Shown here: positions 8,219-14,660 of the stretch, piece by piece
How positions within the stretch are numbered: position 1 is the stretch's first letter
Layout of the letters: each line of letters opens with the position of its first letter
Assembly: GCA_031458695.1 (NCBI GenBank)
Contig: JAVKJW010000042.1
Span: 1 to 16,788 of the forward strand
Source of the DNA: Candidatus Thermofontivivens primus
GTDB taxonomy: Bacteria; Sysuimicrobiota; Sysuimicrobiia; Sysuimicrobiales; Thermofontiviventaceae
Direction: 5' to 3'
DNA: 16,788 bases
Notes under the pieces: generated by a model
Seen by the model: only the letters and a program-made list of their open reading frames with translations
The model's database searches: none
Told to the model about the DNA's origin: nothing
Position numbers and translations under genes: made by a program

Positions 8219-8485
8219 TCAAGCGCCTCCCTTAGGTATGGTGAGAATCTCCGCATCAATCGCAGAGGTGAGGTCCTCCCACCGAGGCACCCCAACAAAC
8301 CTGCGGTTGTGGCCTACGAGGATCGTCGGAACCGAGAGAACATTCTCCTTCTGCGCTTCTTCCCGGCCGCCCTTGCTCGCCAGGCTGATGATCTGCACAG
8401 AGAGATCCTCGCGCCCGCTGGCAATGCGGTCAACCATCTCGATGGCACTCTTACAGCTCCTACATGTGGGGTGTGTGAATACCTC
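8219..8485 (-). pseudogene. Small thioredoxin/glutaredoxin-like gene body lacking a credible start codon
   Basis: EVFTHPTCRSCKSAIEMV...VLSVPTILV...RFVGVP is a clean CxxC thioredoxin fold. The in-frame upstream sequence (TTG 8599 ORF) reads as off-frame lbpA sequence, and there is no nearby start codon or SD. Confidence 0.7.
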
Positions 8486-8670
8486 TCGTAAAACCGTCCC
8501 ACAGGCTTGAAGGTCACTACAAGGATCCTCCCTGCGGTGGTTTGGGCCATATCCGTCAACCCCACGGTGGCCGTCCCGTCCTCCTCCTTGCGTACCCAAA
8601 GGTGTTCCTCGACCCGGTAATAGAGATCGAGGGGGAGTACACAGCTCCGAACAGTCACAACCTCGCGCAT
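8482..8670 (-). pseudogene. lbpA: 5' half (about 63 codons) of a GcvH-like lipoate-binding protein gene, truncated before the lipoyl-lysine
   Basis: MREVVTVRSCVLPLDLYYRVEEHLWVRKEEDGTATVGLTDMAQTTAGRILVVTFKPVGRFYER matches the GcvH/LbpA N-terminus (LYY...H.WV, VGxTDxAQ..G). Similarity stops abruptly, and no ESxK motif follows in the 8314..8670 ORF. Confidence 0.8.
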
Positions 8671-8879
8671 ACCGCGGGATTACCTCAACGGTGGAATCGG
8701 GAGATTCTCCTCCCCTCTCACCTCTTGTATTTCCCGCTGACCCCTCATGAAATCTTGGCGAAAGGTCTTACTGGGACTCTTACGGAACCCAGCAACATCT
8801 CTTGTCGAGATTTTGGTGAAGGCACCATTACCTCTCAAAGAGGCCCGCGGCAAGAGCCAAAAGGCTTTCCCCGGGGTAT

Positions 8880-9266
8880 TTAAAAGGCGATGACGGCATC
8901 TGCCTCCAGGGCCATGGAGTTGAACGCAGCTCCGCCGATCATCTCTACCCCTTCGATGAGGTCGTCCATCTTCAGGCCGTGGAGGTCCAGGCTAGGCTGA
9001 CAGACGTAGAGCTTCACCCCCAGTTCGACCGCCTGATTGATGAAATGGATGAGTGGTGCTCCCCCTCCCCCCTTCTTGGGGACGATGAGCTTCTCTGGAA
9101 CACCTCGTTGGAGCAATGTGGGTCCGTTCATGGTAAAGTAGATCCCCACCTCGACGTCCATGGCCGCAGCCGCTGCCGCAAGGTAGAAAGGCGTCGCGCT
9201 CCTCTCCGGCATATCCACTCCATGGGTTTGAACGTAAAGGATTCGCCGCTGCCCATTGCCTTTCAT
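8880..9266 (-). CDS. dsrE: DsrE-family sulfur transferase (DsrE3-like)
   Basis: PERSATPFYLAAAAAAMDVEVGIYFT and GVKLYVCQPS with the single conserved Cys. Start corrected to ATG 9266 (AAGGAGG SD). Confidence 0.85.
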   Translation of the reverse strand: MKGNGQRRILYVQTHGVDMPERSATPFYLAAAAAAMDVEVGIYFTMNGPTLLQRGVPEKLIVPKKGGGGAPLIHFINQAVELGVKLYVCQPSLDLHGLKMDDLIEGVEMIGGAAFNSMALEADAVIAF

Positions 9267-9289
9267 ATGAGCCAGCCTCCTTGTGCAAC

Positions 9290-9832
9290 CTACACGAATA
9301 GCGTGACGTCTGCCTCCGCAGCGAAGTCCAGGAACGTCGTCGCCCCGGCGCATTCTGCGCCGTCCACAAGATCCTCCTGGCCGATGCCCATAACCCCCAT
9401 GGTTGTAGCACAGGCGAAGAGTCTCACACCGCTCTCCCTAGCGATCTCCAGGAGTTCCTCCACCGTGGGCATGTTGGACTGGCGCATCCATCGCTTCATG
9501 ATCGCTGTGGCGACGCTGGGCATCCCGGGAAGCGCACCCAGGATATCAGGGACCTTTACAGGAAGGAAGCGCACAGGAGGCGGCATCGCAGGATTCCCCA
9601 CAGGTGAGACTCTGAGGTTCTTGAGACGATGACGGTGCAGGATGTCAAGCCCATAGAATGTGAAGAAGATCCCTACTTCCCAACCCATAGCCGCCGCCGT
9701 CGTGGCCAGGATGAGCGGCGGATAGGCCATATCTAACGTCCCTTTGGAAGCGACGAGCGCTAGGCGTCGCTTCTGTTTGACCTTTCCCTCCCCGACTGCT
9801 CCAAGTTGTTCCACCACGACCTGGTCCGCCAT
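9290..9832 (-). CDS. dsrE2: DsrE2/DrsH-like sulfur transferase
   Basis: SKGTLDMAYPPLILATTAAAMG.EV.IFFTFYGL, SPVGNPAMP, LFACATTMGVMG, AGATTFLDFA. Start corrected to ATG 9832. Confidence 0.88.
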   Translation of the reverse strand: MADQVVVEQLGAVGEGKVKQKRRLALVASKGTLDMAYPPLILATTAAAMGWEVGIFFTFYGLDILHRHRLKNLRVSPVGNPAMPPPVRFLPVKVPDILGALPGMPSVATAIMKRWMRQSNMPTVEELLEIARESGVRLFACATTMGVMGIGQEDLVDGAECAGATTFLDFAAEADVTLFV

Positions 9833-9866
9833 GCTTCCACCCCCGATTCTTCCATAAGCCCTCCCC

Positions 9867-10112
9867 TTAACGTGTGCGGCGGACGAGGAAGCGAAAGACT
9901 CCATCTTCCTCATGGACCTCCAGGATTTCGTGGCCTGTCTGCTTTGACCAAGCCAGCATGTCTGGCTTAGACCCTGGGTCAGTCGCCAGCATCTCCAGGA
10001 TCTGCCCTACCGCAAGGGACTTCATGGCTTTGCTGACCTTGATGACTGGGAGGGGGCAGAGGAGGCCGCGGCAGTCCAGGACCTGATCCGGCTTCATCCC
10101 GCTGGGAACCAT
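9867..10112 (-). CDS. tusA: TusA-family sulfur carrier
   Basis: LDCRGLLCPLP (CPxP) and LATDPGS..D..AW motifs. Start probably ATG 10112. Confidence 0.92.
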   Translation of the reverse strand: MVPSGMKPDQVLDCRGLLCPLPVIKVSKAMKSLAVGQILEMLATDPGSKPDMLAWSKQTGHEILEVHEEDGVFRFLVRRTR

Positions 10113-10146
10113 GGCCCACCCCCTGAGCGTTTCACCTTTATCAACC

Positions 10147-10176
10147 ACACTAAGGGATACGGAGAGGTGTCTACAA
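10147..10176 (-). promoter_or_regulatory. Putative weak sigma70-type promoter of the tusA-shdr operon
   Basis: Minus strand TTGTAG (10176-10171) - 18 nt - TAGTGT (10152-10147). The -35 overlaps the proximal operator half-site. Confidence 0.4.
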
Positions 10177-10219
10177 CCCCCTGGTGGGGGAATCTACATC
10201 CCCCTTTCGGGGGATGTAG
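10171..10219. promoter_or_regulatory. Tandem palindromic operator sites
   Basis: Perfect CTACATCCCCC-TTTC-GGGGGATGTAG (10194-10219) and a degenerate copy CTACAACCCCC-TGGT-GGGGGAAT (10171-10193), 23 bp apart, in the divergent intergenic region. Confidence 0.75.
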
Positions 10220-10316
10220 GCCTCTAAAGGCAGAGGGTAGGATCGTGTTGAGAATCGAGCACCGCGCCCCTTCTCAGTACGAAGGGAAGGCATGGCCCTC
10301 GCTGGAGAAGAACAAG

Positions 10317-10346
10317 TTGACGTGGAGAACGGGGGAAGAGTAGAAT
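10317..10346 (+). promoter_or_regulatory. Putative sigma70 promoter for copC-copCD
   Basis: TTGACG (10317-10322) - 18 nt - TAGAAT (10341-10346), followed by GGAGG at 10361-10365 and ATG 10375. Confidence 0.65.
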
Positions 10347-10374
10347 TGTACCAAGCTCCTGGAGGTCCCTCGGA

Positions 10375-10791
10375 ATGTATACAATGCGCAGGCGCGCGCT
10401 GATCTTGGGTTTTCTTCTCTTCCTTGGAGCCGCCCTCATCCGGGTGGGGGGCACCCTGGCACACGCTAGGCTGCTTCGCGCTGAGCCACCTCCTGGAAGT
10501 GTGGTGAAGACCCCACCAGCAGTTGTGCGGCTTTGGTTTGCGCTGGCTCCCAACGAGGAGCTGGATCCGCGGCGTTGCACGTTGAGTGTGTGGGATAGAC
10601 AGGGGAGGCGTGTAGACGATGGAAAAGGAGGCGTTGACCTCAACGACCTCGACCGCCGGACGATGATCGCAAGGCTTAAGCCCATTGGGCCAGGCACCTA
10701 CACGGTAAGGTGGAAGGCGGTGACGGCCCCAGACCGTGGCGCCTCCCAGGGATCCTTCCGGTTCACCGTGGCACCTTCCAAGACACCGTAG
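10375..10791 (+). CDS. copC: CopC-family secreted copper-binding protein (atypical C-terminal site)
   Basis: Signal peptide ending TLA|HARLLRAEP, VRLWF, GTYTVRWKAV..D....GSFRFTV. Confidence 0.88.
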   Translation: MYTMRRRALILGFLLFLGAALIRVGGTLAHARLLRAEPPPGSVVKTPPAVVRLWFALAPNEELDPRRCTLSVWDRQGRRVDDGKGGVDLNDLDRRTMIARLKPIGPGTYTVRWKAVTAPDRGASQGSFRFTVAPSKTP

Positions 10792-10815
10792 GGTATCCTC
10801 CAAGAGTCAAGGTGG

Positions 10816-13194
10816 ATGTACCTGTCCATGCGTGTCCAAACGTGCAAACGCGCAGCACTGAAACGTTTCCTTACAGTCCTCCTGGTGGGTGGCTTGATGG
10901 CCTGGGCATCCCCCGCCTTTGCCCATGGGATCCTCGAGCGCTCTGAACCTCCTCCGAACGCGAGCCTGCCAGCTCCCCCAAAAGAGGTCGTGCTCTGGTT
11001 CAATGAACCGTTCGATCCTGCCTTCAGCTCGGCCATAGTGATCGATCGCTCAGGGAAGCCCGTCTCCAAAGGGTTCTCGGCTTCGGAGGAGAGACGGCGC
11101 ATGACGATCACCCTGGACGATCTGCCCAGGGGGACCTATATCGTGAAGTGGCATGCTCTCTGGCCCTTCGACGGGCACACCACGAGTGGGTTCTTCCTCT
11201 TCGCAGTCGGCGAGGAAGCTCCCGCACAGGTTGCCGTGACGGGCGCACCAGGAGGAGTACGGGTCCTTGTCCGCTGGCTGGCATTTGCCTCAGCACTCCT
11301 CCTTGCTGGAAGCCAGATTTTCCTTCTGATCGTCCTTCGCCCTAGTGGAATCGCCCCAGAGGGTGGAAGCTCCCTTCGTCTCCTTGCCGTCCTGGCAACG
11401 ATCGCTCTTCTCTTGAGTACTGCCGCCGAATTCGCATCTGCGGCGATGGGACTCTTCGAAAGTTCCCTCCCCAACCTTCTCTCTCGCGGCCTGATCTGGT
11501 CTCTCTTAGGAGGAACCAAGGTGGGGTGGGGGACGCTCCTCCGCCTCAGCACAGCGGCGCTTCTCCTACTCCCCGCCACTAGTAATGGGCAGATCGCCCA
11601 AATTGCAGGCCTGATCTGGATCCTTCTCTTCGCTGGCGCGGCAGCCCTAGTAGGAGGGCCTTCCGCCCTACTTACCGCAGGAAGCCATAGCCTCCCCCTC
11701 CTTCTCACGATTTCCGTCTATCTGCTCCTCATCGTCCTCACGGTGCTCGTAGTTCCAACGATCCTTGGGGAGAGCCTCCCCGACTTCCCTTGGGCTTCCC
11801 TCCTGATCTCCGCAGTCCTGCTCGGAGGATTCACCCTCAGCTCCCATGCCTCAGGGAACGGGCTCATTGCTGCACTGGCCGATTGGGTCCACCTCGTGGC
11901 TGCCTCCGCGCTCATCGGGGGATGGGTTTCTTTCCTCTTCATTCTCCGGGGTCTGGGGCCTGCGGACCGCCAGAAGACCGTTCAGGCAATTCTCCCGCGG
12001 CTTTCCACCCTTCTCGGGGCGAGCCTCCTTGCCCTTGTTGTGACCGGCCTCTATGGGACCGTGCTCAACCTCCCGAACGTCCAGGCCTTTCTCGTTACCC
12101 CCTACGGCCGGTTGCTCTCCCTCAAGCTCTTCCTAGTGGGCATTCTCCTCGGGTTAGGCGCGGTAAATCGCTATCTCTTGAAGCCAAGGGTCCTCGGGTC
12201 CCATCCGGGAGACAGATCGAACGCCCTCCGGTGGCTCCTCCGTACCGTCACGAACGAGGTGGGCATTGCCGCCTTCATTCTCCTCACGGTCGCCGCCCTT
12301 ACTATCACGCCGCCTGCGCAGGTGCGCAGGGCCGGGGTCCCACCCGAAGAAAAACCCTTGATCCTCGCGGGTCTCGCTGGAGAGTTCCAGGTCCGCCTTG
12401 CGGTGACTCCCGCAAGGCCCGGGCAGAACCGGTTCGAGGTGATGGTCTCGGGTCCTGGCGGGAAGCTACTCACTTCCCAGGCGCGTATCTTCCTCTGGGC
12501 TACTAAGCTCGATGAACAGCTCGACCCCCAAAAGATCCAGCTCGCAAGGCAAGGGCCAGGGAAGTATGTTGCAGAGGGAGGACAACTCGGGCTAGCCGGG
12601 TGGTGGCAGGTCGAGGTCGTCGTCCGGCTCCCTGGCCGGCCCGACGTTTCTACAACCTTCCCCTTCCCCCTTGGGGAACTTCCCTTGCGCGCGACGGACC
12701 CTGCAGCGGCGCGCCTCCTTGAGGAAGCCACGAGGGCGATGGGGCAATTCAGGGCCTGGCGGGAGATTCAACAGATCGCCGATGGGGCGGGCGGGATGGT
12801 GGTCACATGGTATGAGGCGCAGAAACCAGATAGGCTACACTACCGCACTTCCAGTGGGACAGAAGGGATCATCATCGGATCCACACGCTACCTCCGCATA
12901 GGGAACGGGCCTTGGAAGAGGGATACCCTCCCGCAACCTCTCCTCCTCCGGGGTCCCCTCCAGCCCTACACCCAGGGAGCGGAGGGGATCGTCCAGGGAC
13001 GCAAGCTCCCCTGCGACGAGGAGGCATGCCAGGTTGTGATGTGGGAGGCGTCGAGCGCAAGCTTTGCAGCGACGATCGGGGAGAGGAGCCACCGTCTTCA
13101 CCAACTCCTCATGGTCGCGCCGTCGCACTATATGACACTTCACTCGATCGCCCCACGAGCCCAGGTCCATATCTCTCCACCGAAACCTCCCTAG
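10816..13194 (+). CDS. CopC-CopD fusion with YtkA/FixH-like Ig domain and an additional C-terminal soluble domain
   Basis: AFA|HGILERSEP...YIVKWH...DGHTTSGFFLFAVG (CopC). Multi-TM region with SSHAS, DWVHL, TPYGRLLSLKL, GAVNR, TPPA (CopD). VTPARPGQNRFEV...GWWQVEVVVR (YtkA-like). Exact start uncertain (10816 or 10828). Confidence 0.87.
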   Translation: MYLSMRVQTCKRAALKRFLTVLLVGGLMAWASPAFAHGILERSEPPPNASLPAPPKEVVLWFNEPFDPAFSSAIVIDRSGKPVSKGFSASEERRRMTITLDDLPRGTYIVKWHALWPFDGHTTSGFFLFAVGEEAPAQVAVTGAPGGVRVLVRWLAFASALLLAGSQIFLLIVLRPSGIAPEGGSSLRLLAVLATIALLLSTAAEFASAAMGLFESSLPNLLSRGLIWSLLGGTKVGWGTLLRLSTAALLLLPATSNGQIAQIAGLIWILLFAGAAALVGGPSALLTAGSHSLPLLLTISVYLLLIVLTVLVVPTILGESLPDFPWASLLISAVLLGGFTLSSHASGNGLIAALADWVHLVAASALIGGWVSFLFILRGLGPADRQKTVQAILPRLSTLLGASLLALVVTGLYGTVLNLPNVQAFLVTPYGRLLSLKLFLVGILLGLGAVNRYLLKPRVLGSHPGDRSNALRWLLRTVTNEVGIAAFILLTVAALTITPPAQVRRAGVPPEEKPLILAGLAGEFQVRLAVTPARPGQNRFEVMVSGPGGKLLTSQARIFLWATKLDEQLDPQKIQLARQGPGKYVAEGGQLGLAGWWQVEVVVRLPGRPDVSTTFPFPLGELPLRATDPAAARLLEEATRAMGQFRAWREIQQIADGAGGMVVTWYEAQKPDRLHYRTSSGTEGIIIGSTRYLRIGNGPWKRDTLPQPLLLRGPLQPYTQGAEGIVQGRKLPCDEEACQVVMWEASSASFAATIGERSHRLHQLLMVAPSHYMTLHSIAPRAQVHISPPKPP

Positions 13195-13213
13195 GAGTGG
13201 ACCAAGGTTTAAG

Positions 13214-13981
13214 CTAGGGCTTCATCCGGATCTCCCTAAAGACCTCAAACCGCTGCCCGCGGTGGTTGGTAAAGACGATTCTGAGGAGGCCATTCTGGTC
13301 CGCACGCAGGGGGAAGATGAAGAGCGGGTCGTCGCTCAGGACCGAAGTGAGGGTGAAAACGTTGATCAGCCTTGGACGAAACCAATGCGCGCCGTAGAAT
13401 ACCTCCATGGATTGGAGGAAAACGGGTAGCCCAGCGCGCACAAAGGTCCTCCCATCCGCCAAAAGACGGAGCCCTGTCCTGGAGGGATGCGTCGCTTTTA
13501 CACGTACCTCGAAGATCTCCCCCGGCCTGATCCTCTCAGGCACCCATAAGCGAGGCGGTCCGATCCTTGCCGGTGCCTCCTGGAGGGCCTCCGGACCTGC
13601 GCCCACCATATGGCATCCTCCAACGGCCACGCGGACGGGCCGGCTCGTCGCCCACTTCCCATGGCGGGAACATTCAGCAACCACAAACACACGGTGGTCC
13701 CCCGCGTTCATGCGAAACTGGAAGGAAAGGCTGAGGCGGCCGTTGTGGGGGGAGAAGGAGAACACACCCTTTGTCACTAGAGGATCCTCAAACACGTACA
13801 CCGCCACGCTCCGGATGTAGTGCTCAGGCTCCATAGGATGCTCCATCTCCACAGAGATGGGAACGTTGGCACCATCATGAGCCAGGATGGGCATGCGCAC
13901 CGAGATGAAGTGCTGGCGTTCCAGCACTGAGGTGCCGGGGTGCTCCAGCAGGCGGATGGAGGAGGGGAAGGTCGCGACCAT
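13214..13981 (-). CDS. SoxY-SoxZ-like fusion protein without signal peptide, with SOR/desulfoferrodoxin-like metal ligands
   Basis: SoxY features P.LA.DGANVPI, FRMN, VRVAVGGC. SoxZ features GEIFEVRVKATHPSRTGLR, LSDDPLFIF, FTNHRG. SOR-like ERQH, HPMEPEHYI, CSRHG. Confidence 0.8.
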   Translation of the reverse strand: MVATFPSSIRLLEHPGTSVLERQHFISVRMPILAHDGANVPISVEMEHPMEPEHYIRSVAVYVFEDPLVTKGVFSFSPHNGRLSLSFQFRMNAGDHRVFVVAECSRHGKWATSRPVRVAVGGCHMVGAGPEALQEAPARIGPPRLWVPERIRPGEIFEVRVKATHPSRTGLRLLADGRTFVRAGLPVFLQSMEVFYGAHWFRPRLINVFTLTSVLSDDPLFIFPLRADQNGLLRIVFTNHRGQRFEVFREIRMKP

Positions 13982-13985
13982 CTCG

Positions 13986-14660
13986 TCATCCAGAGATTTC
14001 GTTCATTGTCACAAGTCCTGAACGCAGGGCATAGAGGACGGCGCGAGTCCTGTTGGGCTGGTCGAGCTTCTGGAGGATGTTCTTCACGTGAGAACGCACC
14101 GTCTCCAGGGAGAGGCTCGTGAGATCTGCGATCTCCTGGTTGCTGTACCCACGAGCCATGAGGCGGAGCACCTCAACCTCCCTGGGCGTGAGAGAACTTC
14201 CCTTGAGGGGAACCTCCTCCGCGGTCTTCCTGGCCATGAGCTGCATGAGCCGCCTCGTCACTGCAGGCTGCATGTACACTTCCCCTGTGGCCACGAGGCG
14301 GATGGCCCTGTACAGTTCCTGGGGAGGAATGTCCTTGAATACGAAGCCGTCGGTCCCTTCCTGAACGGCCCTCAGGATGGCTTCATCCACCTCAAACCCT
14401 GTGAGGATGAGGACTTTCGTGAAAGGGGCCCTGCGCTTCACCGCCTTGAGCACGTGGATGCCATCGATATCGGGCATCTTGAGATCCAGGAGGAGGACGT
14501 CGGGGCGTTCTTGCACTGTGACCTCAATGGCCTCACGGCCCGTCCTTGCCTCACCGACCACGCAAAGACCCTCCTCCATCTCCAGAACCATGGTGAGGCC
14601 ACGCCGGACGAGTTCATGGTCGTCGGCGATTAGGACACGAATGACGGATTGCTGACGCAT
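13986..14660 (-). CDS. NarL/FixJ-family response regulator (REC + LuxR HTH)
   Basis: VLIADDHELVRRG, PDVLLLDLKMP, LTPREVEVLRLMARGYSNQEIA, TVRSHVKNILQKL. Confidence 0.95.
   Translation of the reverse strand: MRQQSVIRVLIADDHELVRRGLTMVLEMEEGLCVVGEARTGREAIEVTVQERPDVLLLDLKMPDIDGIHVLKAVKRRAPFTKVLILTGFEVDEAILRAVQEGTDGFVFKDIPPQELYRAIRLVATGEVYMQPAVTRRLMQLMARKTAEEVPLKGSSLTPREVEVLRLMARGYSNQEIADLTSLSLETVRSHVKNILQKLDQPNRTRAVLYALRSGLVTMNEISG

Noticed and set aside
8314..8670. 118-aa ORF as an intact GcvH/LbpA
   Set aside because: Only the first 63 or so residues are GcvH-like; the rest is off-frame thioredoxin sequence with no lipoyl-Lys motif.
8671..8879. Two tiny minus-strand ORFs (MVPSPKSRQ..., MRGQREIQ...) and a CCCCGGGG palindrome in the dsrE-lbpA spacer
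   Set aside because: Short, no motif, poor SD spacing; the palindrome is too short to call an operator or terminator.
13189..13219. CCCTAG...CTAGGG inverted repeat between the convergent copCD and soxYZ genes
   Set aside because: Only 6 bp, formed by the two TAG stops, with a long loop and no U-tract; not a convincing terminator.
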